This document shows, piece by piece, positions 1-12,770 of a stretch of 64,000 nucleotides of DNA (the stretch's first letter is position 1; each line of letters begins with the position of its first letter). The stretch spans positions 43,028,001 to 43,092,000 of the forward strand of contig NC_043010.1 in the NCBI RefSeq assembly GCF_006345805.1, read 5' to 3'. The position numbers and the translations under genes are program-made. Source of the stretch: Octopus sinensis. Taxonomy: Eukaryota. Below the pieces are notes generated by a model, which made no database searches, was not told the origin of the DNA, and was given only the letters and a program-made list of their open reading frames with translations.

Positions 1-8
1 TAGACTTT

Positions 9-405
9 ACTCTTTTACTTGTTTCAGTCATTTGACTGCGGCCATGCTGGAACGCCGCCTTTAGTCGAGCAAATCGACCCCAGGACTTATTATTTGTAAG
101 CCTAGTACTTATTCTATCGGTCCCTTTTGCCGAACCGCTAAGTGACGGGGACGTAAACACACCAGCATCGGTTGTCAAGCGATGTTGGGAGGACAAGCAC
201 AGACACACAAACATATACATACACACATATATACATATTTACGACGGGCTTCTTTCATTTTCCGTCTACCAAATACACTCACAAGGCTTTGGTCGGCCCG
301 AGGCTATAGTAGAAGACACTTGCCCAAGGTACCACGCAGTGGGACTGAACCCGGAACTATGTGTTTGGTAAGCAAGCTACTTACCACACAGCCACTCCTG
401 CGTCT
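9..405 (-). mobile_element. tRNA-headed CORE-like SINE (family A), near full length
   Basis: Minus strand reads A/B-box-like head (GGAGTGGCTGTGTGGTAAG...GTTCAGTCCC), CORE-like CCTTGGGCAAGTGTCTT, internal (TA/TG) tract and tail ...GTCAAATGACTGAAACAAGTAAAAGA; at least 6 similar copies in the window. Confidence 0.85.
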
Positions 406-575
406 ATTTGTTCATGCATCTTACTTCATTTCTTCTATTCGTTTCAGCTTGCATCATAAATTTAGTATTTTCATTCAGTATAATATTCAATTGCCATTTT
501 ACCTGCTGCTTCCTTCATTCAATTATTCTCCGGCTTACATCAGGTTATCTCTTTGAATGTCTAATTCTCACTTAC

Positions 576-603
576 ACTAAACATTTTCTTTACTACTGCC
601 TAG
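576..603 (-). other. Candidate last or 3'UTR exon of the micro-exon gene
   Basis: Strong acceptor tgtttgcttttttcag and donor gtaagtga on minus; stops in all three frames, so terminal or non-coding if real. Confidence 0.35.
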
Positions 604-689
604 CTGAAAAAAGCAAACATGAACCTTATCCTTGGATAAAACAATACACACGCTCACGTGTGTGCGCACGTGCATGTACATATGTAATT

Positions 690-1020
690 GTAAGCAGGGT
701 TTGTAGTTAAGAAGCTTGCACTATGTCATGGCATCTTGGACAAGTGTCTTCTACTATCGACCCATGTCAACCAAAAACTTGTGAGTGGATTTAGTAGACA
801 GAAGCTGAAAGAAGCCCATCACACATACACACAGGCATACATATATCCATATACATACATACATACATTGATATGTACATACATATATACACACACAAGC
901 AAAGGCTGGGCAACTTAGACTAAGAAGATGGTTTGCAGCCACATGATTTCAAGTTCAATTCTACCGTGTGGTACCTTGTGAGTGAAACTGATTGATGGAA
1001 ACTGTGTAGAAGCCTTTGAA
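690..1020 (+). mobile_element. Two decayed SINE family A fragments
   Basis: CTTGGACAAGTGTCTTCTACTAT...CTTGTGAGTGGATTTAGTAGACAGAAGCTGAAAGAAGCCC matches family A body. Confidence 0.65.
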
Positions 1021-1048
1021 AGTGTGTCTCTCTTTTTCTTCCCTCGTT

Positions 1049-1050
<2 letters not shown>

Positions 1051-1100
<50 letters not shown>

Positions 1101-1153
1101 AAAGAAAAGATGAAGACAGGGGTATAAACAACAACAGTTGTACTAGTTTGACA

Positions 1154-1190
<37 letters not shown>
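1051..1190. repeat. (TA)n microsatellites
   Basis: Two pure TA runs visible in sequence. Confidence 0.95.
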
Positions 1191-1191
<1 letters not shown>

Positions 1192-1193
<2 letters not shown>

Positions 1194-1395
1194 CATCATT
1201 ATCGACATTTAACATCTGTTTTCCATGCTAGCATGGGTTTGATAGTTTGATAGGAACTGGCATGGCCAGGGTCTGCACCAGGTTCCATTGTCTGTTTTCG
1301 ATTAGTTTCTACAGTTGGATTCCCTTCCTAAGTCCAATCACTTTACAGAGTGTACTGTGTGCTTTTTACATGGCACTATCACGTGGCATTAGCAT
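1192..1395 (-). mobile_element. RTE LINE 3' tail fragment with (GAT)n end
   Basis: Reverse complement of the GGAAGGGCATCCAGCTGTAGAAAC...CATGCTAGCATGGAAA...GATGAT tail seen attached to RTE ORF2 ends at 43810 and 54831. Confidence 0.7.
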
Positions 1396-1619
1396 CAGTG
1401 GTTTATACATGGAAGTAAAACAATGAATAATGTCTCTATTCCTTTTTGCCATTGCAACTGAGTGCTGTGTTTTTGAAGATCTGTGGGATAAAAAATCCCA
1501 TGCTTCAAAAACTACCAAGGAAGTGCATCCAGCTGTAAAATCCCATCTCAAATACATCCCCATACAACACATGCTAGCACAAGGAAAAATAGGAGTTAAA
1601 CAAATGAAATTAAATAGCA

Positions 1620-1647
1620 TATGTATGTGTGTATGTGTGTACACACA

Positions 1648-1705
<58 letters not shown>

Positions 1706-1760
1706 CACACACACACACGCCCATGTACATGCACACGCACACGCACACACACACACACAG
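1620..1760. repeat. (CA)n microsatellite
   Basis: Long CA run. Confidence 0.95.
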
Positions 1761-1809
1761 TGCTACTAGTAAGCTGACCCTCACAAAATATTTTTTATCT
1801 TTTATTGTT

Positions 1810-3483
1810 TTATTATTTCTATCCAATGTTAGAGATAATACTAGCTACAGATGCTAGCAAGTATGGCATAGGAGCCATGCTCCGACGCAAGGATAACGAT
1901 GGCAGGAGAAAGGCCATAGCTCACACATCAAGGACATTATTTCTGGTAGAGAGGTGTTGGCTATTATATTTGGTGTGAAAAAGTTCCACAGACATTTTTG
2001 GTTGCAAACGGACCATAGAGCTCTAATAACAATATACAGATCCAAAAAGGAATCCCCACATATATGGCAAACAGACTGCACTGGTGGAGTACCATTCTAT
2101 TAAACCACCATAATAGAATGGAATATCTTCCTTCAAAACCATTGGGACATGCCGATGGTCTGTCTAGGTTAATTTAAGAAATAATGAACCACTGGAAGAC
2201 ACCGTAAAAGCAGAAGCTGAAACAAAAACGTAATGTAGAACATCAAGTGTAAACTGCCAGTAACTTTGGAAGAAATAAAAACAAATGCTAGAAATGACAA
2301 ATTTATTGATGAAACAAAAAGAAAACTGTGGTCGACAAAAGAAATAAAGAAAGATCTGATGCAAAGAACCACCAAGAATTGAGCATGTATTCTACATGTG
2401 ATGGTGTACTAATGTATGCTCAGAGGGTGGTCATACCACAGACATTACAGAAGAGAATGCTAAAAGAGTTTCATGTCGAACACCCTGGCATCTCTAGAAT
2501 GAAAGTGCTGATGTGAAGTTTCATATACTGGCCAAGCATGGACAAGGAAGTTGAAAACCTGGTAAAAGGCTGCAGAGGATGTGTGCCAGCAGTGAAACTA
2601 ATTACTACAAAATGTGAACCTTGGCCAGAAGTGAAAACATCATGGTCCTGATTGCATATCGATTTTGCAGGCCTGGTAAATGGATATTATTACTTAATAG
2701 TAGACAGCTAAACAAAATGGCCTGAAGTTGTGAGGTGTAAATGACCAACCTCATTTTGGGTAATAAACAGCTTACATGAGCTGTTTGCAAGATTTGGTGT
2801 ACCTGGTATAATTGTCTCTGATAACAGAACACAGTTTGTATCCAGTTAGTTTAAAAGATTTTGCGAGATGTTCACATTAGAGCATAAACCTACAGCTCCA
2901 TATCACCCTACATTGAATGGAAGGGCCAAACAGTTCATGGACACTTTTAAGAAAGCTTTAAAGAAAGCTAATAAAGAAGCCATGGATGAGGTTGAAAGCC
3001 AACAGTTCTTAAGGGTATACAGGCTAACTCTGAACTCAAATGCACCAGAAGGAAGTTCACCAGCAGAATTAATATTTGCTAGAAAGGTGAAGTCAGTATT
3101 CGATAAACTGTTACTAGTAAAGAAAAAAATACATGCTAGTAAATACATGCCAAAATTCTTTAGAATTGGTGATAAGGTATATGTGAGAATGTACAAAAAT
3201 GGCAAGCAATACTGGGAAGAAGGAGAAATTGTAACATACATGGAAACAATGATTTATGGTGTAAGAAGCAGAAATGGAATGGAAAGGAGACAGAAATTAG
3301 CTTAAAGAAGGAGTCACAGAAAAGGAACCAACAAGAGTAGAAATACCGATGGATTGGCTATGTAACACTTTTTAGGTTCCAGCACTGTTACAAGAAGTTG
3401 AAACCACAAGTACAGGGGAAAGAGAGAGAACACTAAATTCCTAAAAGTAGACTCTAAGAAGAAAAGATATCGAGCATATATAT

Positions 3484-3521
<38 letters not shown>

Positions 3522-3813
3522 CTCAATAGTATATGTGTATATATATAAAGGAGGAGGTGGATGAATAAAAGAAATTGATTGTTAAATATAATAATTAAAA
3601 GAGGAGGTGTTGTATAGTGAAACTGTACACTCCTCCTGGTAAAAAGTGGTAGGAACGAGCCATTATAAATAAACCAGTAGCCAGTTGTCAAGAGAGGGTC
3701 AAGAATCAAAGAGTTGAGAGTTGACAGTTCTAGTTGGTGTCTTGTGGTGTTATCAGTAATAGTAAGACAGTAGAAGTTAGTGCATTACTATTCCAAAACA
3801 AAGAGATACAACA
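1810..3813 (+). mobile_element. Decayed Ty3/Gypsy LTR retrotransposon, 3' half (RNase H, integrase, PPT, 3' LTR)
   Basis: Broken frames give ATDASKYGIGA (RNase H), HPGISRMK...YWPSMDKEVE...C..C (integrase HHCC), HIDFAG, VSDN, PYHPTLNGRA; many stops and frameshifts. Confidence 0.9.
3608..3813 (+). repeat. 3' LTR of the Gypsy element (206 bp)
   Basis: Termini TGTTGTAT...ATACAACA form an 8-bp inverted repeat; immediately preceded by polypurine tract AAAAGAGGAGG (3597-3607). Confidence 0.8.
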
Positions 3814-3907
3814 TTATCTGCTGATGACTAGTAACTATTGAGGCTACTAGCGTAAAACAGCAACTACAGTACAACAGCAGTTGCACATCACACTTTACAA
3901 CACTCAT

Positions 3908-3991
3908 GGACACAAAATGTTGCTAGAAATTGAACTCACAACTTTATGATTGTGAGCAGAATACCCTAACCACTAAGACACATGCCTTCAC
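3908..3991 (-). mobile_element. tRNA-like head of another SINE family (family D), fragment
   Basis: Minus reads GTGAAGGCATGTGTCTTAGTGGTTAGGGTATT...GTGAGTTCAATTTC, similar to the copy at 62253. Confidence 0.55.
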
Positions 3992-4142
3992 AGTGAGTTA
4001 GAGTACGCATAAGCACCTATTCAGTATTTATAAGAAATAAGGTAAGAAAACTGTAAATTTTATTAGTTATATATCATATTTTGAATCTCAAGAATAAGGT
4101 ATTTTTAATCTCATAATCCAGAGATTAACAATACGTACATAC

Positions 4143-4218
4143 TTTTGACTTCAAAGTGCTTTTATGGAACAGCCATTGGTTCTCTGGTAAAGATATGAAG
4201 TTCTTGGCTTAGACTGAA
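4143..4218 (-). CDS. Candidate exon 5 of secreted micro-exon gene
   Basis: Acceptor catatttatgtcttag, donor gtatgtac; phase-1 frame reads (V)QSKPRTSYLYQRTNGCSIK, ending near the exon end or at the start of the next exon. Confidence 0.5.
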
Positions 4219-4610
4219 CTAAGACATAAATATGTTTGTTAGTTGTACCCGAGTTCTGCACAGAAAGGTCAAGAGTCCTTGCCTGTTTCAACGTTTTAAA
4301 TTTTTCCTCCTAAGAATTTTATCTATAAGTAGGAGATTCTGAAATACTTCGGGATCAAACAATTTGCTGGAACAGGCCCCTTAAATTGGGATATATGGTA
4401 AGCTTTCTAATTCATATTCAACAATTAAATTATGATTATTTTCCACTAAAATATTACTTTATAAATCTTTAAACAAATGGATTATTTGTCAAGAGTGCAA
4501 TTGAATAGCTCATTAGATTAATAAAATGAGATTTCATCTACAATCAAAGTAAATAGAAGCAATCGAATTATATATTAAAATTATAAGAAAAGATTTTTCT
4601 TTCTACTCAC

Positions 4611-4634
4611 CAAATTTGAATTTCTTCTCAGCAG
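4611..4634 (-). CDS. Candidate 24-nt micro-exon (exon 4)
   Basis: Acceptor attttgatatttacag, donor gtgagtag; phase 1-1, reads (A)AEKKFKF. Confidence 0.55.
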
Positions 4635-4974
4635 CTGTAAATATCAAAATATAATACCATTAGTAGGTTGTGTACAAAATGTTTTTGATATTAATGTAAC
4701 AAAATACAATGTAGACATTGTACTCAAATACAATATTTTAAAATTTTTTGCAAGATTATGTAATTAATATTTGATTTATCTTACATAATGTAGCCGAGCT
4801 GAAATATTTTGCAAAAAAATAAAGGATTACAATACATTTTTAACAACATAGATTAATGTCTTGTTTTAAAAAGTTTTGAAGAGTAAACATCTTTAATCAC
4901 TGACACTCGTGCAGGCTAGATACTGACAAAAGTAATCAAATAAGGGTTGAATAAATTTATTCATTATAATTATT

Positions 4975-5186
4975 TCTACTCTAGGCACAAGGCCCTGAAA
5001 ATCTTGGGGAAGGGAACTAGTTGATTACATCGACCCCAGTGTTTCACTGGTACTTAATTTATCGACCCCCAAAAGGATGAAAGGCAAAGTTTTCTTCAGC
5101 AGAATTTGAACTCAGAACTTAAAGGCAGACAAAATACTGCTAAGCATTTTATCCAGCGTGCTAACAATTCTGCCAACTGACTGCCT
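4975..5186 (-). mobile_element. tRNA-headed SINE family B
   Basis: Minus: GGCAG...GGCAGAATTGTTAGCACGCTGG...GAGTTCAAATTC...TTTGCCTTTCATCCTTTTGGGGGTCGATAAATTAAGTACCAG; matches the copy at 24735. Confidence 0.8.
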
Positions 5187-5252
5187 TAATTTATTCATTA
5201 TAACGAAACTATAATTATAGTTATCTTTATACAGAGCAACTTTTCACTTTTA

Positions 5253-5608
5253 TCTCTTTTACTTGCTTTAGTCATTAGGCTGTGGCGCCACTTTGGAGAA
5301 CTTTAGTCGAATGAATCGACCCGAGTACGTTTTCTCTTTCTTTTAAACCTGTTACTTATTCTATCAGGGATGTAGACACCAACACTGGTTATCAGGCAGT
5401 AGTGGAGGACAAATATAGACACAAAGACACACACACACACCCAACAGGCTTCTTTCAGTTTCCATCAACACCATATCCACTCACAAGGCTTTGATTGGCC
5501 TGAAGCTATAGTAGAAGACACTTGCCCAAGGTGCCATGCAGTGGGACTGAACCTGGAACCATGTGGTTAGGAAGCAAACTTCTTGCCACACTGTCACACC
5601 TGCTCCTA
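5253..5608 (-). mobile_element. SINE family A
   Basis: Collinear with the copy at 9-405. Confidence 0.8.
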
Positions 5609-6021
5609 TTCACACATAAAAATTATTATTTATAGAATTAGGATATTTTGTTTTCTGTTGCAAAGACAGTTAACTATTGAAGGTTTAGCATATCTAGCTG
5701 CAAATATATATCATTCATGATGCATTCCACTATTATAAATTGTAAAACTGCTACTGTTTCATTCTACAGCAAGCATAAATATTTTTACATACACTGAATT
5801 AATTGATCTCAGCTCTTAGTACATAAAAATATCCTTGAGTCTATTATTAATTGAAAGTTCATTTTTGTATGACAATATGCTTTGTGGATAAAGTAATAGA
5901 ATAAAATTCAGTCTATTACTGATTCTTATTTTGTATAATAATGAACTGGAAATAATATATTCAAAATAAATCATTTTAATAGTTTATCTCAAAGTGAATG
6001 TAATAACTAATTGTTTCTAAG

Positions 6022-6397
6022 AAAAACGCCGCCGCCGTGGTGATCTCATTCTTGCTCGCAACATCATAAGCAGAAAGTGTAACCTCTCGAAAGAGCTGTT
6101 CTTAACTCCTGCTCCGGAGCGTCGGCTGCGGGGTCACTCCAAAAAGCTCTATCTGTGAAAATTTCATCTCAATCGAAGGAGAGAGGCTTTCTCCGTCCGG
6201 GTTGCGGATCCGTGGAATAAGCTGCCGGACGAGATGGTGAAGATGCCGACGACCGCTCGGTTCAAAGTCTCCCTTGACCACAAGTGGCCTGAACTCTTTG
6301 CATGAAAACCACCCTGTACATAACTCCATGTCCCCCTACATGGCCTTGCTTTTTGCTTTTTGAGCCAAAAATTAACTAACTAACTAACTAACTAACT
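6022..6397 (+). mobile_element. 5'-truncated CR1-clade LINE 3' end with (TAAC)n tail
   Basis: Translates RRRRGDLI...RLRGHSKKL...AFSVRVADPWNKLPDEMV, the conserved CR1 ORF2 C-terminus; tail (TAAC)6. Confidence 0.85.
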
Positions 6398-6496
6398 CAG
6401 TTAAAAATTATTTGAATATGTCCGAAGATTTATGCTACCAGGTAGGTTTCAATCTTTTTTCATTCCAAAGAACTTTTTACTCAATATATTGATTTC

Positions 6497-6697
6497 AAAT
6501 TTTGGCACAAGGCCAGCAAGTTTGGGGTAGGGTATAAACTGATTATATCGACCCCATTGTTCAACTGGCACTTATTTTATTAATCCTGAAAAGATGACAG
6601 ACAAAGTCAATCTTGGGGGAATTCAAACTCAGAATGTAAAGATGAAACACTGCTAAGCATTTTGCCCAGCATGCTAACAATTCTGCCAGCTTGCTGT
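6497..6697 (-). mobile_element. SINE family B
   Basis: Collinear with other family B copies. Confidence 0.75.
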
Positions 6698-6849
6698 CCT
6701 CTTTTTTTTTTTACCCAATATATTACAAGCTATTATTTATAGCTATTCACTTCAAGATAAACCTTTGCATATTTCATGAATCTTCTATATTTGTATTCTA
6801 TAATGTAAACAATATATTAAAAATTCATTCAAAATTAATACAACACATT

Positions 6850-7008
6850 ATGTGTGTGTGTGTATGTGTGTGTGTGTGCATGTGTGTATGTGTGTGTGTA
6901 TACATACACACACACACACATACATACACACATACATACATACATACATACATACATACATACATACATACATACATACATACATACATAGATACATACG
7001 TATATATA
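6850..7008. repeat. Compound (TG)n/(CA)n/(TACA)n microsatellite
   Basis: Visible in sequence. Confidence 0.95.
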
Positions 7009-7234
7009 CCAACAGAGTGTGAGAGGTATTTGAGGATACTTAATTATCAGTATATTATTGTATTCAAACCAACTAAAATTTTTTTCATTTCTTTCAGAAC
7101 CCACCATATAATTCTGTGTAGAACAAGAAAAATCGAAATAAGAAGGAAAAAAATTCTGGTTAGAAAAAAAAAGAAATGGAAAAAAAAAATAATGTGTTGA
7201 AAGAAGAAATTTTTAAAATCTCAAAGGGGAAAGG

Positions 7235-7510
7235 AAATGTGGCAGACACCCCCAGGTCCACTACTAATAAATAGTCCACTACTAATAAATAATGTTGACA
7301 CAGTCAGTAATGTCAAACTGTGAGGTACCCTTTTCCAGCCAATCCCACAGAGATGACAAAATATGTTGTCATAATGTGGGACATAACATATCCTTAGTAT
7401 ACCATGGCTTCACTGAAAGCCTTCATTGTTCAGGTGATAGCTGAAATAAATGAGAACCATTTAGTGGAGGTATGTCAATGATTCCAGTCCCACATTGAAG
7501 ATTTATAGAA
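7235..7510 (+). mobile_element. Tc1/mariner (maT-like) transposase C-terminal relic
   Basis: ASLKAFIVQVIAEINENHLVEVCQ*FQSHIE resembles the C-terminus of the DD37D copy at 33192-34429. Confidence 0.45.
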
Positions 7511-7777
7511 TAATCTTATAAGAAAGCTTATTGAGCATATCTACACAAATTTGGATTAAAACACTTAGTTTCTGCTAGATTTTGTTATTTTATTAAATTA
7601 CCAAATATGTCCTCAAATGCCTCTTGCATCCTGTATATATATTTCTTAGACAAGTGAGATAAATATGGTATGACACTAAAAGATGGGTTTCCATGTAAAT
7701 GAAGAAAATGTTCGTTGATGAAGAATTAAATGTCAGAAATTAGATGGAAAATGAAATAGTGTTTAACAAGTGCTTAC

Positions 7778-7843
7778 CTCTTTTCAGTCTGAGGGGACTA
7801 GAACCAGTAAAGTTAAAATGCACTTCAGTTTGTTGTAACTGTA
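7778..7843 (-). CDS. Candidate 66-nt exon 3 ending in RLKR
   Basis: Acceptor tttgttcaattttgcag, donor G|gtaagc; only the phase-1 frame is open: (V)QLQQTEVHFNFTGSSPLRLKR. Confidence 0.6.
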
Positions 7844-8982
7844 CTGCAAAATTGAACAAAATTTATAACTTATGCTTATAAGTTAATGACAATAATTGTT
7901 AGTTGTTACTATTACTATCACTAATACTACCACCATGATCATTATTACTATCATTCCATTAACTTCCAGCACTAACACTCCGTTTTACACAGTCAGAAAT
8001 ATAACTTCTGACCTAAATCTGGTTTCTTATATTTCTGGGCAAAGTAAAAGCATTAAGGTTTATCAATGTTCTAAATAGCTACTCATGGATACAGTGCTTT
8101 GGTGTGCATTATATTATTGGTGCTAAGTAAGAAATTTTCATTATTGACTTGTGTATAATACCCTTATTGCTGAACAAGTTATTAGTAAAATATAATTCTA
8201 GAGTACCTTTCAGTAATGTGATGAGATAGTGAGATAGGTTTCAATTAGTATGTGGACAGAGAATATCACTTCAACTTTATGGGTATGTGGACAGAACATA
8301 TCACTTCTGTTCTGTTCTTTTAATACAAGCATAATGGATAATGGTTACTGGCTGATGTTAATTTTAGCCACTAAAACATGATCTCTGCCCTTTTCTGTAT
8401 TTTAATGGAAAATTTATATTTCTGCTATTCAGGTTTCTGCAAGAGAGTTGAGTTAAGAACTCAGTATGCTGAATATGCAAGCTAGTTTGATTCCATTAGT
8501 GAGTTAAGAAAAGGTATTAATATCATCACCTTCCATTTCACCTTTCTTGTGAAGTGTAAAATCTTTGAACCTAATCAAATAAAACCAATAACATTAGCCT
8601 CATACTGTAGCAATGTGGTTGAATATCACAGCAACTGTTTTATTGTACTTAATTTTGTCCTTTTGAATTAAGCTGTCACCAGAGCCCATTTTGTCTTTCA
8701 TTCTTCAGAATCATTAGAATAAGCATTGGTATTAATTCAGTCATCTGCTTCCTTCATACTATTTTTTAAAGCCATTATTGAGTTGGAATTGGAAATCACT
8801 TGAACACTAACATTCCTATAGTGCTATTAATATACTAAAAGTATTTGAAAAGTAAATGATGAAGAGAAATTTCATAGCAAAACATATCAAAATGCATTTA
8901 AAAGTTACAATACTTCCTACATTTGTTTACATGATGATTTAATACCAAATATATTGTGTAATAATATTACATAACTACTCAC

Positions 8983-9000
8983 CAGCCTTTTGTCTCATAA
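8983..9000 (-). CDS. Candidate 18-nt micro-exon (exon 2)
   Basis: Very strong acceptor gtattttcctttctttttttccag and donor G|gtgagtag; phase 1-1 reads (V)MRQKA. Confidence 0.55.
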
Positions 9001-9219
9001 CTGGAAAAAAAGAAAGGAAAATACATTCATATATATAAAATATAACATCTGAATTAACTAGACAGCATATGTATGTAGGTAAAATGTGCATACAGAATGC
9101 CTCATATAGGAATTGAATCTGAAACCACATGTTTGTGAAGCCAAGCTTCTTAACAATACAGTGATTCCTGTACCCATACATATGCACGTGTGTGTGTGTG
9201 TGTGTTATATATATATATA

Positions 9220-9520
9220 TCATCATCATCATCATCATCATCATCCTCGTTTAACGTCCGCTTTCCATGCTAGCATGGGTTGGACGATTTTGACTGAGGG
9301 CTGGCGAACCAGATGGTTGCACCAGGCTCCAATCTTGATTTGGCAGAGTTTCTGTAGCTGGATGCCCTTCCTAATGCCAACGACTCCGATAGTGTAGTGG
9401 GTGCTTTTTATGTGCCACCGGCACATGGGCCAGTCAGGCGGTACTGGCAACAACCTCACTCGAATCCTTTTACACATGCCACCAGCACAGGTGCCAGTAA
9501 GGCGACTTTGGTAACGATCA
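9220..9520 (-). mobile_element. RTE LINE 3' tail
   Basis: (CAT)n followed by the conserved RTE tail in reverse. Confidence 0.85.
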
Positions 9521-9950
9521 ATATATATGTATATATATATATATATATTGTGTGTGTGTGTGTGTGTGTGTGTGAGTGTGTGTGTGTGTGTGTGCGCGTG
9601 CGCGCGTGTGTGTAGGTTTATTAACAAATTCCATTATGTGATAAAAGTACTGGAACAGTGTATACTGAACATTATCAAGTACACAACCAGTTGACTGAAT
9701 TTAAGTGTAAGCGTCTGAACATTCTAAAGACAGATCCAACTTAAACTTAATTTTCAGGAAGAATCAGTATGATAGAGTGTGTGATAAGGTTTGATCTTTA
9801 AATTACTGGTAGAGTCCCCCTTTCAGGCTTCAATGCTGTTTCTTTCTTCTCAATTTCATTCACAAGGCTTGAATTTACCTGAGGCTATGATAAAAGACAC
9901 TTACACATGATACATTGCAGTATGACCAAACTCAGACAACTGCCATATGG

Positions 9951-10165
9951 TCAACTCTTTAACATTTAAACCAGCCATATCTGGCCAAAATATTCTATGT
10001 TAAAACTGGCCAGATCTGGCCCCTCACACATACCCTACAATATCATTCTAAACTTTAAGTTACCTCATAAAAATCTGAAGCTGTGAGACAATGCATGATT
10101 AACTCAAAACAATGTGAATAATAAGCATTACATCAGACATAATAATCTGAATGCTAAAGGGTTAA
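9951..10165 (+). mobile_element. TTAA-flanked (piggyBac-type) MITE, family 1
   Basis: Ends TCAACTCTTTAACATT...AATGCTAAAGGGTTAA; collinear copies at 41802, 44525 (reversed) and 45236. Confidence 0.7.
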
Positions 10166-10715
10166 ACTACACATAAATAAGAAGGTTTGTGGAAGGGCAC
10201 TGGCAAAATATCCTCAACATGTAGAATTATAAAATTCAGATTCAATGGGAAAGAAAACTAGGGATGCAAAGAGATGTTGAAGAAATAGAAAGGTCACATA
10301 GATCAATGCTACTGGAAGTGGTGGTCCACAGACTGATGCCTGTCTGCAAGCCATCAGCTTCTGGTATGTGGCAAGTTTCCAGAAAAGAAAGAAACATTAT
10401 AAAATGCTTATAAAATGCTTATGTAATGTTGTATCATTCGTTTACAAAATATAAGATAAAAAAAATTGCCAACTTTTATTATATTCGTTATATATATTGT
10501 TTCCGGTACAAATTAATATTACTAAGAAATATCACCGGGCTCTGGCACATTGGAAAAAAAAGTCTACCTGTATGCCACATCAGATAGTTTGAGAAGCACT
10601 GATATAGATGACAATGATATTATAATGAGAAAGATTGATAAGAAAAGAAACCAAAAAAAAATTGATAAAATTCAAATGGATATTGTAGTTGTGATACCCG
10701 TGCCGGTGGCACATT

Positions 10716-11260
10716 GGGCCTCACAGAGGAAATGACGAAAGACCGAGACCTCTGAGATATGCTGTGACTGCGAAGACCCAACAAATGAAGTAAGTTCATG
10801 GCTTGCAGGACAGCCTGCTGTGCTAACCTTGGATCATAGAGTGACCCGCTGTGCTTGAGGAAACCTATTGAGTCAAGTACGTCAATATCAACATCACAAT
10901 AAAAATCAAATGGAAATTGTAGTTATGATACCCATGCCAGTGGCACGTAAAAAGCACCATCTGAACATAGCTGATGCCAGCACCACCTGACTGGCATCTG
11001 TGTTGGTGACACGTAAAAAGCACCAACCAATCATGGCCATTTCCTAGCCTCCTCTGACCCCTGTGCCGGTGACATGTAAAAACCACTCACTACACTCACG
11101 GAGTGGTTGGCGTTAGGAAGGGCATCCAGCTGTAGAAACTCTGCCAGATCAGACTGGAGCCTAGCACAGCCTCCTGGCTTCCCAGACCCCGGTTGAACCG
11201 TCCAACCCATGCTAGCATGGAAAACGGACGTTAAACGATGATGATGATGATAATGATGAT
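10716..11260 (+). mobile_element. RTE LINE 3' end (ORF2 tip, tandem-repeat 3'UTR, (GAT)n tail)
   Basis: GLTEEMTKDRD-like ORF2 end, three GTGCCRGTGGCACRTAAAAA units, conserved tail. Confidence 0.85.
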
Positions 11261-11454
11261 ACTGCATTAAAATCAAGATTGTTAGATGACAGATTATCAT
11301 CATCATTGTTGTTGCCATCATTGTCACCCTCGTTGTTTTCATCATCATTGTCATTGTTATTGTTGTAATTATTGTTGTTGTCATTGATATTGTCATCTGT
11401 GGCAGCGGCGTTGTCATCGTTGTTGTCGGTAGTGTCAGAATTGGCAACGTCATA

Positions 11455-11835
11455 TCAGTGACAGTGGCATTGTCATTTCACATCTGTTTTTCACGCTGGG
11501 ATGGGTAGAACGGTTTCACAGGAACTGGCAAGTCAGGTGACTGCACCAAGCTCTGCTGTCTGTTTTGGTGTGGTTTCTATGGCTGGATGCCCTTCCTAAC
11601 ACCAACCACCCAGCAGAGTGGACTGAGTGCTTTCTATGTGACATCAGAGAGGTTTTATGTGACTCTCGGAGTGGTTGGCATTAGGAAGGGCATCCAGCTG
11701 TAGAAACTCTGCCAGATCAAGATTGAAGCCCGGTGCAGCCATCTGGTTTGCCAGCCCTCAGTTATTCGTCAAACCCATGCTAGCATGGAAAGCAGACGTT
11801 AAACGATGATGATGATGATGATGATGATGATGATC
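11455..11835. mobile_element. Two RTE tails head-to-head (minus 11455-11640, plus 11665-11835)
   Basis: GGCTGGATGCCCTTCCTAAC on one side, TTAGGAAGGGCATCCAGCTG...(GAT)n on the other. Confidence 0.75.
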
Positions 11836-12269
11836 AGAAGCAGTGAAGTCACCAAGTAATTTGCTAGACAAGACCCTTCAACTGGTGGAGAGTAGTTTTT
11901 GGGGGAAAGAAAAGGTGTTTTGCATTTGAAAAAAGATATGGCTACTTCAGATAGAGAGAAAGAGAAGAAAGAAAGATGGTGAAGTTGAGACAGAGAGTGG
12001 GTAGGGACTGTACTTCAAGATCATAGTGAAGAGGACCAGGGATTTGAGAAGGTGGTTTCACAAGATTTTGAAAGGAGAGTAGGAGCTAGAGGTGTGGGGA
12101 AAGGGAAAGGGTAACAGAGGCATATTTTATACAGGTAGGTGTTTATGTGAGGGAGAATGGAGGGGAAGCAGGAAACAGCAGTGGTGAGCATGGGTGCATT
12201 GTGGAGACAGGAGGAGGCTATGGATTGTACTTTGTGTTTTCTGCATAGCATATTGCTAGTTGTCTCAGA

Positions 12270-12770
12270 CCTTTATCAGTTCCTCTGTAAGGTTCAACAT
12301 CCAAAAATCATTTCTCACTACTTCATCCCACATTTTCCTGGGTCTTCCTCTTCCTCATGTTCTCTCCACATTTAGAGATCAGCACTTCTTTATGCAGCTG
12401 TCCTCATCCATATGCATCACATGACCATACCAGTGCCATCTTCTCTCTTGCACACAATATCTGATGCCACTTACACCCAATTTTTCTTTCAAAACATTTA
12501 AACATTGTTTTACGTATACTGACATTGTACACCCAGCAGTGTATTCTGGCTTCATTTTTCTTTCATGCTTTCACATGTCTTCTGCAGTTACAGCCCATGT
12601 TTCACTGCATCATACAGTTTGCTCTTCACACTGAGGGAAAAGCCCTTTGTGACCATTATTCTAGCAGCTATGCTTTCAGAGTAACCTCCACCATTGCTAA
12701 TTTGGTCTCATTGGTAATGAAAACTATCTACTACCACCAAAGATTCCCCCTAGACACTTGAGGAAATCTA
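12270..12770 (-). mobile_element. Decayed RTE ORF2 C-terminal fragment
   Basis: Collinear with 18700-19130 (HGSETWAVT / WYGHV-like segments). Confidence 0.6.

Noticed and set aside
3820-3860. CTGATGA-ctagta...tactag hammerhead-like stretch
   Set aside because: Followed by CGTAAAAC instead of GAAA; no helix III or cleavage triplet
4143-4218. NGCS motif suggesting a conodipine/group XII phospholipase A2
   Set aside because: No downstream C-x-x-H-D-x-C-Y exon found in the window and the frame appears to end soon; four residues are insufficient evidence
10568-10598. 31-nt minus-strand exon candidate
   Set aside because: Overlaps a hAT-MITE-like end (CAGTGCTTCTCAAACT); breaks phase-1 symmetry
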